Source: Acanthaster planci
Taxonomy: Eukaryota
NCBI RefSeq assembly: GCF_001949145.1
Contig: NW_019091355.1
Location: forward strand, 3,516,646 to 3,580,645
DNA length: 64,000 bases
Reading direction: 5' to 3'
Shown here: positions 52,301-64,000 of the stretch, one piece after another
Numbering within the stretch: position 1 is the stretch's first letter
How the letters are laid out: each line of letters begins with the position of its first letter
Position numbers and translations under genes: made by a program
Notes under the pieces: model-generated
The model's input: only the letters and a program-made list of their open reading frames with translations
Told to the model about the DNA's origin: nothing
Databases searched by the model: none

Positions 52301-55300
52301 GCGTAGTTTTTTGCATAAAAAGCGCGAACCAAAAAGGATTATGGGGCGATTTTGGACACATGAAAGGACACGGCAGAAAATGGGCAAAACTATGATCAAT
52401 TTGGGATCTGAAACCGTCTTTTATCTAATGACAATGATTGGAAATGGAGCTCATTGCACTGTGAATGTTTGATAAGATGCCTTTTTGAAGAACTGTCTTG
52501 TAATAAATGTTTTCTTTTGCTGAAATTGCTGTGAAGCTGAGTGTTATTGTCTCCCTCAAGAGCTTGACTCTAGGTCCAGGCTACTGTGTATATCGCAGGA
52601 CAAACTGAGTAATTCCGATCGTTGCATTTGAGTACGAAGACTAAGAATAAAATAAGATTCAAACAATTGAGAACGGTAAACATTACAACACTTTTCATGA
52701 ATGAATAACAGTTTCTCTGGAATGGACAGCAAAGCCCCTTTTTTATGTCATCATCAGGGCATCTGCAGGCAAGTGCGTTTCCATAAAGGCCACTCGAGTC
52801 TACCATAGTGTCTGCTTCTGTATCTTCCAGAAGAGCACCCACAAAGGTTGTCTGTGGTCTTCCTCGGTTCTGTGACCACACTTCGACCGCCTGAGGAACA
52901 TTTTACAAGCAAACCCCTTGAGGTCACATGTGCTTGAAACAAAAAGAGTTCCTACATGTAAATCCAACAGTAAAATGCTACCCGTGCGGTTACATGTAAG
53001 TCTCACGTTGAACCTGAACTTCTGATGGCACTTTGATCTGGTGGCTACCACTGTGTGCCATGGCCGTTTTCCAGTACTCAACTTCGGCTCCATCTGTCTC
53101 AGGCTTCACCTGTTTTTTAACTACATGTAGCTGACTTTGAAGCTGTAAGCGCAGTAATTAGTCTAATAGTGCCACAAAACATCAAATAAGATGCAAGAGA
53201 GCCAGAAATTACAGTAATCCAATTTAATTTAGACGCTTCAGGCCCACAATCGGGGATTGGTTTTGGGAATGAAGCCTGAGACGGAGCCCAAGTCAAGTAT
53301 TGGAAAAGGGCCCATGACAAGCAGACCTGATCACTAAACAGCAATGCCCTTGGAACTCAAGTAGCTACATAAATTGTGAAGTAAAAATAGACAGCACGGT
53401 GCCTCAATATTTTTCTCCTAATTATTAACATGTTACATGTATGTCTGTGGAGACCACACGGGGAGGGGGCAATACAAAAATAAAATGGGTTGAGGTGTCA
53501 GTAGCCCAAAATCTGCAATACATCCACACGGTCAGTCAGAAACGAGAACCGTAAACTTCTACAAGTAGGCTACATGCCCTGTTTACTTTGACACAAGTAC
53601 GGTATCAGAAACGTGAACATGCACGGTGTACATGTATGTCGGGGTGAATAATTTCAAACTTCCTTGATGACACAGTATTTAGAAATACATGCACATGTAG
53701 GTATAATAACTTTCATTCCATGAACATGTAAACCATTTTGTTTTCAACTGATGAACAGAGTGCAGTAAACTATACAGTGATGACAGGAATGAGTCTGCAG
53801 CAGCCTCTGCCACTGGTTGTGACAGCAACTCTGGGGATTTTGAGACATTCTGGAAAATGCTTTTTAAAACACCCAGGGAACTAAAAAAATGAGAAATGAA
53901 TCTCTATTGCACAAACTTGGAAAGATATGCAAAGATTTTGAAAAGAGTATTGCACTTTCTTTGAGACGTGACAGTTTCGACAGAGAAAAGTTTTGGAAAC
54001 CAGGGCACAGATGTTTACAAACAGTGTCACATTGGTGTACTGTCTCGATTTAGTGTTTTATTTTGGTTTGTTTTGAGAAAAAAAAAGAAGCAAACAAATG
54101 CCTTCTATGGTAATATACATGAACGCACTGCGAGAGTTCAAAAGTGCCTTTAGTTTTCCCAACCACAAGAGGTATGTAATGTACATGTATGCAGGGATAT
54201 ATCAAATATGTTACAAATGTGTTTGTGTGTACATTACACGCTCCTAATTACATAGTTAACAGGTTAAATGAGATGCATTTAAATGTAAGTTTGGTTTTGG
54301 AAATCAGAGGCCTGGAAAGTCAATAAGCAACCACATTATGTACAGTGTACATGTCTCTTAGTTTTTGTAGATCTACACATCAATACCAACATTTGACCGG
54401 ATCCCAATACTGAGTTTTAAGGCCATCATCCGTATAATGTTGTTTTTAGTTTATTAATAGAAAGAGCAAACTGGCAGCACTTTGTTCTGATGTATCATTC
54501 ATGCATGCTCATGAGTGTGACGTTATGCAGTGAAATATGTATGTAGAAGATTCCTACTGACTGACACTTTGTAAGCAAGATTCTTTCACAGACCTTTCAC
54601 TCAAAGCCTGTGACACACAGCAGAGTAGCAGAGTGTGCGACAAATATCAAAACCAAACATTCACTCTCATGTAATACATACTCATTTCAAGTACATTTCA
54701 AGACAACACCTAGAACTGTGCTGTGTTAAAGATGCCAAGTTTAAATTGGGTGTGCATTTGTTTATAATGAAAGGAACACAGTTAGTTTTGCTGTCCTGAT
54801 GTACATGTACATGTGTAATTTCTAAATTGTTTACATGTAGGAAAGAGCATGTAACAATTCTGTAACCGATACTTCAGTACTACAGTCGTTGGAAGCAAAC
54901 TTAGGCAACTGCCCAGAACCCCGCCCCCCTTATTTTCTACAGCTACATGTAACATTGACCCAACTTTTTCTGAAACGTTTAGATCAAAAAGACCACCGAC
55001 CGTCAAGGCTATTTTTGCTATTAGTCGACAAACTCCTGCAAGGCACACTTGATGGAGGGAGCTTTAATTTCCATTGTTTTGTTTGAATTTAGCCCCATAA
55101 CCTGCATGTACATGTATGTCAGTGTATGTATGTACATGCACATGCATGGCGACTGTACTGCTTCTTGTTGATATGGGTTTGCATAACGCAGCCTCGTACA
55201 AAAATGTCTCCTTCAGACTAATTTGTGACACAAAAATGTGCATCTCTTGCAAATGACTCAATGCCACACTGGGCACCGTAACTTACACACCCGTACTGCA

Positions 55301-58181
55301 GGAAAAGGTCTCTCTTTAACTCAGTGGCGGTATGTCTGATTTCAGGAAACTGCAGATGGTCCCATTTAACTCTACAGACACAGTAATATTGCGACTATGT
55401 GTGTTTCCTCAATGTACATAATGTACATACATATGCATGTATAATCAACCACCAAAATAGCATTTACATTACAGGAACACACTGTCTTCTGGAAATCACA
55501 CCTTCTTATGTTCTGTGTGATGGAACAATCAATTTAAAGAATCAGTATATGTGCACAATGTACAAGTAGTTGTATCACATCTTCACCTACATAGATGTTA
55601 TTCCAGCTCCAAATATCTAGTGGCTGTACTTACACACGGATTCATCTTCCATTTATCCTCTCTGGGGCTCAAGTCCACATCATTAAAACTTAGGTTTAAC
55701 TATTGAAATTTCATTCCCTGTTTGGGCAAGTGCATGGATGTAAATATTGTTATGCATTCTGGATACCACAGTCTGGCCACTATCGCTATGCGAGCCACGG
55801 TAAACCAATCTGGCACTACATGCAGTGATGAATTTGGGCAGCTTCTGGACAAGTCCCACCATGCGTAGCACTGCCATGACCCGGGCCAACCTGCCCAGGC
55901 CAACAGTATTCTTCAGGAAGAAGCTTACCCGGAGCTCACTGCTTGAAGTTGCCAACAAATCTGTTATTCTGCTCTTCCTGGGTTCATCCAAAAAAGATCT
56001 TCAACCCTCAACAATTTGTTGCTCAGTTCTGCAGACAAAATTTGTACAAAGAAAACAGAGTGAGTATCATGTATGAAATGCGAACTTCCACTGGTGAAGA
56101 ACCGCCCTTTCCCCAATTTTTTTTTGGGGGGGGGTTGGCCAGATGATCAGGAAGTTTTTCTCTTTTTTTTAGCAACCCTGGAACGCGGCTTTGATTACGA
56201 TTCACACGTAATATCTGCCACAGATCTTTGTGGTTACGAGAATGACCCATACAGGATACAACCAAAATGAAAAAAAAAGTTAAACAAAACGATATTTGGG
56301 TAAACAGTCATAACTGAGAAGTCTTTCTGAGCTGCATGGAAGATGCTAGAGGAAGTTTTCAGTCTCTGCTTTTAAGAGTACATATTTAGAGTTTCACCTT
56401 GAAGGGTCAGCAAATTCTTTCTTCCTTCAGACCTTGCCCTAATTTTTTATTTTTTTGGGGGGGGAAGGGATGTTAATGAGGAAAGGGGTGCTCAGTGCTA
56501 CTGTACCTAGGGTGGATGGCAAAAGCACTATCTTTGACTCCTCTTTAAACTTGTTGGTGTTTACGAAACTTAAAAATTATAGAGGCTGGATGTGGAACTC
56601 CTTCCTAGATGCCTAGTCAACCCTGTCCGTGTTAGTGGGCAAATAGTGGGTACGGAGCAGAAAGTATTATGTGACCTGTGAAATGAGTCTTTAAATGGCA
56701 AATTTTGTTTTAGTAATGCAATGGCTATTGTTATGGAAGTGTAGACAGGTTTCTGTCTACCTTTTTGTACCAGTCGTGCTCATTGGAAACAGGAACAAGA
56801 CCAGTTTACAACAAATGGATCTCAGACTTTATTTCCCCTTAAAAATTCCTCTAGGGTATGAATCTACCAAAAAAGAAAAGAAACTTATGTATAAAAAGTA
56901 AACGTGATCTGATTGAGAAAATAAACATTATGGGAGAAAAAAATTGGAAATAATCTCCCATCGAGAGAACTTAATCCTACACGCAGTATCTAAGGATTTC
57001 AGAACAATACGCATACCCACTGGGCTATCGCAATGCCATGACGGTAACGGGAAACTAAAGCCTTACATACATTGCTAATCAAAACTGTGCAATGAACTAT
57101 AAAATATAGAAGTCGCATTACTGGTTTCTGTGACTTCAGCCACTTCCTTTCAGCAAACCCGTTCTGGTTTTGATTAGACAGAGCAAACTGAAGTATTTGC
57201 TTTACTACTACACATTGTGCATCATTTGGTCTGGCATAATGAGGAAAATGGGTATTACACGGTGGACTACATGTAGGGCCAATATATGAAAGGTTCATGT
57301 TAAGTCACAATGTGCAAAATTCCAGGCCTTAAGCTCAAAAGTGGCCCAGGTGACTTGTGACTCATTTTGTTGGGTTGGGTCAGTACTCACTTCAATTTAG
57401 ACAGGCATAACAGCTACAGGTGAAAGCTTGCACTATTGCAGATATGTACATGTACATGAACTTGCATGGAACTTTCCTCTGTATATACATGTATCTACTT
57501 CTCCATGTGCTAAACATCCAAGTTTAGAAGAAGTTTCTAGTTTAAAAAATAGAAATGCTTTACTTTACCATGGAAATGAACTTCTATTTTTTCAGAGTGT
57601 AGTGCTGAACACATAAATGACACGTAAATACTAACTCACTATGCAAAGTGATGCCTGCTTGGCGCATCCAAGTTCGCGCACAAACCTGAGGAAAACTTGA
57701 AATTTTGTACGACTTTCGTTTGGCTATCTGCATTATGACACAAAAAGTGACATGACTGATGACTGAATGATGAGTGGCCTGTCTGATTATACAGTCACTG
57801 ACAGTAGGCTCCTATGGTCCTATCACTAAGTATTACACATGACAGATTCATATTTCATAATCCTAATTTGGAGTAGGCCTACATGTATTTGTTATACTTA
57901 TAGGCCTAGTCTGTGACAAACTATAATTTAGGCCTACTTTACTTCCTCCAATGATAGGTAGATTCAGCGGTGACAAGAATGATATTGTCTTTTTATTGAT
58001 ATCGACAATGGTGATCACTTGTCGACCACTGTCAACATGGTCGACGATGGGCATGACACTGAGAACATGCTGAAAATCTAGGCTAGACTATTCCTTCCTC
58101 CACTGCTCTAGACATTGCTAGAGATTGCAAAAAACTATCAATCGGTGGGTGTCGATTACTGGTTAAGAACTAATTACTTAC

Positions 58182-58187
58182 CGACAT
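58182..58187 (-). CDS. Candidate first coding micro-segment of the RhoGAP (Met-Ser) at the end of a first exon
   Basis: gcaaaaATGTCG|gtaagt: A-rich start context, consensus donor, phase 0; CpG-rich region upstream. Confidence 0.55.
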
Positions 58188-58279
58188 TTTTGCTGAAAAC
58201 CCTTTAATTCCGTCTTGTTACACTTTGTGTAGGTGATCAGAGTATTTTTTTTACAATGATATTACAAAATGATGAGGAG

Positions 58280-58560
58280 CACAGCACGGTCCACTTAGGA
58301 CAGTTTACTTCCGCAATTGCAAGAGCACTCGAGTTTCGAGCCCGCTGAGCGAAATGATAGACGTACAATTACATTGTTCCTTATCTCCCGGCCCGACGTC
58401 CCTTGTGCATGCCCTTTAACGTACGTGGGCCGGGCCTTGTCTTCCATGTCCTATCAACTGGCTGCGACTTAGAGTAACTAGCGTGTCTATGGGAAGCGGA
58501 TGTTCTAGTCGCGCAAGTGTTAGTCTAAGCCGTAGTCATAACTGCGGGACGGCTATTAAT
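58280..58560 (-). promoter_or_regulatory. Candidate RhoGAP promoter
   Basis: Local CpG cluster, ETS-like ACTTCCG at 58307-58313, directly upstream of the 58182 donor. Confidence 0.45.
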
Positions 58561-60059
58561 AGACTGGTATTCTTTCCATTATAATTTTTCTGGGGCGAAC
58601 AGGATTCAGTAAGTTAATGAGTAAAAAAAAATTATTAATGGAACAATAAGTCACAAATTTCCCTTTTCAGTTCACATGTGTTTTGCCTTCCTAAAACATT
58701 GTTTTCATTTTATCTGGGCACGAACATGCTCTTGTTAAGCCGAAAAAAGTGTACGTTGTGGTGAAATTTCTAAATATCGCAATTAAGTTGAAAGAGTAGC
58801 ATATTAACCAAGAACTTGCAATGCAACTTCAATGGTTTTCCCCTTTCCCAACTTTTGTATCCTCATTGAGGGAAGGAAACCAGTTTATCTTGGGAACGTT
58901 TACGTATGGAGTTATTTTATTTGTGGCTACAGTTGGGGTTTAATGAATTTAATTCTTCATTTGTGAATATTCCGCACAATACAGCTCTTTATGTTCTATT
59001 ACACAAATACAAAATTGCCTAATTTGAGATATTTTGATTACATCCTTGCGATAAACTTTGAAATAATGAGAAGGCCGCGCGAAATTAGTCCGTTTGAAAA
59101 AGGTCTAATTTGATGTTACCTGTTGTGTTGTTCCATTTTGTTCGGGTACAAGGACAATAAAAATTCTTTCAAAAGCATGTTATTAATCATCAAAACACAG
59201 GTAACAAACTAAAAATTAGAATTATTTAACACAATCCTAATTCAAAATATCTATTAATTTTGCTTTAAATGGATAAGATATCAATTAATGTTGTTTATAT
59301 TTCAGTGGAACCCCTCATGGTGAAGTGGACGTGCCTAATGGCTGCTGACGTTCTTTGAAACGTACGTATTGTTTACACCAAAGGTTTACAACCACCTGTA
59401 TTACCACGTCGTGAACGTACGCTGGCGATAGCGAGAAGATGTAAAATTTTGCGTGCCAACATGCCCCGCCTGCTGAATAATAATTTTGGACAAGTCACTG
59501 GCACTATGACAGTAATGCCCGAGTTTCATTTGATGACCTAATCTGCCCAGAAAAAGGTGAGAGAATCACTTACTGACTTAGCAGTTCGGCCAAATTTGTA
59601 CAATGGTTAGGTCTCAGAATGCACATGATGCAGCTGTACGGGCGAGGACCCTTTCTTGGGTGGGAGGCCATGATGTATATAGGCGTAGGTCAGAGTGCAG
59701 AATAAGATGTATGATGGAGGACCCTATCCCCAACATACCCTAGAACTTACATGACATGGTGAGGGGTAGTTCCTGGAGTAGGGTCATGAGGATGGGGCAT
59801 ACATATACCCCCAGAACTGTGCCGTGTGGGTATGCATATGGTGGAGGTAGATATGGGAATGAGAGAGTGGTAGGCCTACTTCGATAACTTGAAGTTACTC
59901 TGTGATACTCCATTTGACTACGAGGAAACAAGGTTTACATGGCGTCGTAATGCTATAGTATGGGGTTTTGGAATCAAATGTTTGTGGTGAAACGGTTTAC
60001 AGTCCTAAGAAAGCTATTAAACCAAATTTTCCCTTGTCAGTATATATCTTCTGTTTGAT

Positions 60060-60136
60060 CTTAGCCCCACTACTTGTGTGGCACGGACTCTCACTCCCGA
60101 TCTAGCCCCACTAGTGTGGCACGGATCACTCCCGAT
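60060..60136. repeat. Short tandem duplication, about 40 bp, 2 copies
   Basis: TAGCCCCACTA...GTGTGGCACGGA...TCACTCCCGAT occurs twice. Confidence 0.8.
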
Positions 60137-60294
60137 TTATCCTTAGCCACACATCCGTCTACGCAATTTCGTGTCGGTGTATTGAACATTTCAGCGCACC
60201 CACTTATCATCGTGGGTGCAATTTCTTTTGCACACGAACATGATTCTTGACCTTGCCGCTTTCTAAAAACCATTTATTGAATGATTTCGCTCAC

Positions 60295-60333
60295 GTTATT
60301 CAGGTATTTTCCAGTCTTTTTTCCTTTATCCAT
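60295..60333 (-). CDS. Candidate distal alternative first coding exon of the RhoGAP (MDKGKKTGKYLNN)
   Basis: ATG at 60333, phase-0 donor AAC|gtgagc; preceded by a YY1-like AAGATGGCG and a CRE-like TTACGTCA in a CpG-rich patch. Confidence 0.4.
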
Positions 60334-63300
60334 TCAATCTAATGGGCTCGCTCTCTCAGTCGCCATCTTTAAAGTAAGGTCGTTGAGCATTACGTCACTT
60401 GACCCCTCATCGTCTCGACGGCTGTTCCATGTCAAGATAACTAAACTGCTGCCAAAGTTTTGGAAGAGCCCACTGGTACATGTAGTATCTTATCGCTCAG
60501 TCCGTGTATTACATGTGTCTTGACATGGAACAGCACACAAAATATGTGGGTATTTGCCAGTTGTCAGTGTGATTGTGTCTGTTAATTTGGTGAAAAATTT
60601 GTCTGAAAAATATGAAAAAAACACTCAAGATTAAAAAGAAAAAAATTCTTGAATAACCTGGGCGGGTGGTAATGTGAACCTGAAAATTAGTTTTAAATGG
60701 CCTCACCAGTTACCACATACTTTTTTTCCTGTGCTGCTTCACAAAATAAATTGACAAATAAACAAAATAAATTGACAATAATAAGAATTATTATAATAAG
60801 GTCAGTTGCAACATGGCCAGTGTCCACTTGTATCAGTTCACATTTTTCTGGGGTCACATCTAGCCCTGAGGATTTATCACGAGGTAAACTGTTGGGGTAT
60901 GCTAGTCAAATACAAACATTATGAATTGCACTAACAAATCAACAATATTGAGACCAAAATTTTACAGGAGGAAAAATCCTGAGGCTGCCTTATTTGTGTT
61001 TTAAAGTTAATGCTTGTTATGTGAGGACTGAGGATGTATGAGGAATGTCAGGGCCAATAGTGACCAGTAGAAATAAGTAGAAAATAAGAGTATTTCTTTT
61101 CCCCCTTAAATGGGAGTTGAATTAAGATAAGAATTAAGAAGTAGTCAGTAAAATTGCCCTAGTATTGGGCTGTCCTTTATCCCTCATGTGAGCTCGCTTT
61201 TGCAAAGCTGCACCTCTGGTTGAGGATATTCATGTTCATGTACGGTACAAGTACTGCACATGCACATGCATCTCCCCTTGGAGGATTTTATACAGTTTAA
61301 AAGCGTTTGTCCCAGTGCAGTTCCCTCTGTCCTCTTATTGTTATTTGGGACATTTTCTATTTGTCCTGTTTTCCATTCACCCATGACTTTAGCCCTCATC
61401 TGCATGCCTTTAAACCTATCCCCAAATGTTCACCTTCTGGGTTGTTTGTTTTTGTCCTACGTGTATATCACCAGAGGACGATCTCTTTGTGAAGGAAAAA
61501 TTAAGTCCGACTTTTGCCCCGTTTGGACTCATCGCTCTGTAAAATAGGCATTTACGGGCTGCAAGTTTAGTAAGGGTTCCATCAAGGACTGCAATATCAC
61601 AATCTACATATTTTCTGTCCAGTCTCAGCAATGGTTGAAAAATTGCCTGTCTACCCCCAGTGAAATATCAGTCACTCTGATATGTGGAACTACTGACATC
61701 TGAGACCATTTTCATTGCCCCCAATCTTTTGGAAGGAAAGCTATTTGCCCGTGTTGAAAATTTATGTGAACAACAGGGGTTTGTCTATTGTTTGCGCCTC
61801 CTGGAGCAGGTGGACAGGTGACTTAAGACACTGGTTCTACATTAGTATTCAAATTTTGCCATGTTTTGAGGTGGATAGAATGACAGCAGCTGCCCTTTGA
61901 CGTACGAAGTTGATAAACTTAGTTTCTTAGGCTTTGTCTTTATACTGAGTTGTTGATTGGTTGTTAGAAAGTACTCTTGGTGTTACACTATGAACATGTA
62001 TTTAAAATAACCGTTTTCTTTATTTTTCAAATGATTCAAATCTCACACCAGAAGAAGCCGACTTCAGTTTTGCACAAGAAATTTTGTTGTTGCTGTAGCT
62101 CTTGTTTTGTTCATGCCCAGGATACTGACGGGTCATGTGCAGAAGGTTGATTGAAACTACTGTATTTGAAATTTGAATACACTGTATTGTGAAACCTGGC
62201 AATTCATCCCAGCTTCATGGAAATCTTGAATAATTTTGTTGCCTATAGAAATGACAAGCAAATTAACTACAGCAGATGGTTATTTTTACGTTTTCCTCTG
62301 CACTTGATTTCTCAGTCTTTTTTAGTGAATGTTATGAAGAAAAAAGTTGATTCGGGGAATTTCTTCAAATTGTAAGAATAACTGGTCTTTTCTCTTATGA
62401 GACAAAAATCAGGATTTGTTTGATGTTCATAAATATGCGAGAATTCCACAATATTTCTGCACAGTGCACCTGTACATGTACACCATCAATGCAATATATA
62501 CGAATTAGGGAAACATTGACGATGCAATAGGTTTTATTTACGTTGAGGAAAGGGTTAGTAGTCTTTGCCAATATTTCTGTTTCATTAGAAATGATTTCAA
62601 TCTACATTGTACCTTTAACGTGGTATCTAATTGGCTTAAATCTGTCTCAGAGAAAGATGACATCATGGAATACATAACAGGGACAGGAAAGAAGGTGGAC
62701 CCCCAATTTTAGACTGACCCATCATGCATTCAGAATAGTGTTTTGAAGAGGAGAGTACAGTGTAAATTGTGTATTGTATAGAGTAGGAATGACCGTGTAT
62801 TGAATCAGGATTGAATCAGAGGGAGCTGGTTGTGTGAAGTGTTTTTGTTATGCTAATCTTGTTATTGATGTACACAAGGAGGCCTTGTGTACTATTGGTT
62901 CAGTCCGTTTTATATGGTAGCTCCGTGGTTTAACATGTACTATTACTTCCACGGCCAGCCAGTGTACCATTCATTGATTACAGAAAGCTTTGTCTAGGAC
63001 TACTACCAAAGTTGATCTTGAGTACTGTAGTAGTAGACTACATGGGCCGTTATATGTGTACTATATGTACCGTCAATGTCAGTAACTGCAGTTCTGAGAT
63101 GTGTACCCTTGTAAACAGTCCATGGTTTGGCATGTTTGGTAGAAAACATCCATGAATCATGCGTCATACAGACACACCCAAATACATACGTGTACGTGTG
63201 TATGCTTTATGTGAGTTACTACTACTGGCACTTATTCCACCCACACCACCACCTTCACCGATGATTGAACTTATTGATTTTGAACTGAAATGAATCAGAC

Positions 63301-64000
63301 GTTGAACCATGGCCGTACTTTTGAAAAACTGTGCATCATTTCTCAAAGTGAATGTAAAACAAATTACCTGTAATACACTTACTCATAATACATGCTTGTA
63401 CATGTACGTGTAAGTCCTACAAAATACAAAATCAGATTTGAGCAGGCCGGCAAAATTTGTCAAGTTGGAACTGAAGTGTACATGTATGTAATCAGGCCTT
63501 TTTATCTGTTTCTGCATACATTTGTGTGTGCATGAAAGTTCCACAGTTTGACACAGATGTGGAGCGCACAGGTTCGTGTATTTGAACAAAAAATGTCTGT
63601 TTTGCTCAAGTAATTTTTACGAAAAAATGTACTTGTACTTTGCGTTTTTAACATTCGCATCATACCCATAGCCTTTAGATTGCTAAAAGCACACACACAT
63701 GTACATGTGGCAGGTAACTCTGAAAAATTCTAAATCTAGTGGCATACATGTACATGTACATGTATTTACCAGTATTTCAGTAAACTACGAGTAAGCATGC
63801 ATACATGTACATGTATGTGTATGCTGTTCTGTGTATTGCTAACTCAACCGTGGGTACCATGGCAACTTGCCCTCTGCTGTTTATGCTATTGTCAAGGGTG
63901 AGTGATCTCGGGTCAGGAGGTGATTCAAATGTCCCATTTCCTTTTTTTCTTCATCAATCAGGTCAAATGGTATGCTCCCTGCAAAACTATCAAAGCCCAG

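Noticed and set aside
61440..63400. Possible exons or decayed transposon coding sequence at the right end
   Set aside because: Only short stop-interrupted frames with no recognisable family; not supportable without a database search.

Overview
Eukaryotic (invertebrate animal) genomic DNA, not prokaryotic; the species cannot be fixed from sequence. Almost all ORFs in the supplied track are spurious. Two spliced genes lie head-to-tail on the minus strand. (1) A c-Jun N-terminal kinase (JNK; MAPK8/9/10 family, TPY activation motif) has nine coding exons between 12050 and 115, a likely upstream exon at 12608-12700, and a probable first exon/promoter near 32.1-32.6 kb. Its last exon probably lies left of the window. 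(2) A PH + RhoGAP + coiled-coil protein of the ARHGAP22/24/25 family has five core exons between 42585 and 36051 and three candidate alternative first exons (49.1, 58.2 and 60.3 kb). Introns carry minisatellites, several MITE families, hairpins and many TACATGTA runs. I found no convincing new biological system. The best leads are: a U12 (minor spliceosome) intron after a single, unduplicated JNK 'exon 6'; loss of the JNK Cys116-equivalent; a 94-bp duplication that copies a JNK 5' splice site; three in-frame alternative RhoGAP N-termini, one with a stop-start uORF; and JNK-RhoGAP linkage in a different orientation from human. All coordinates were read by hand; vertebrate comparisons are from memory, not searches.
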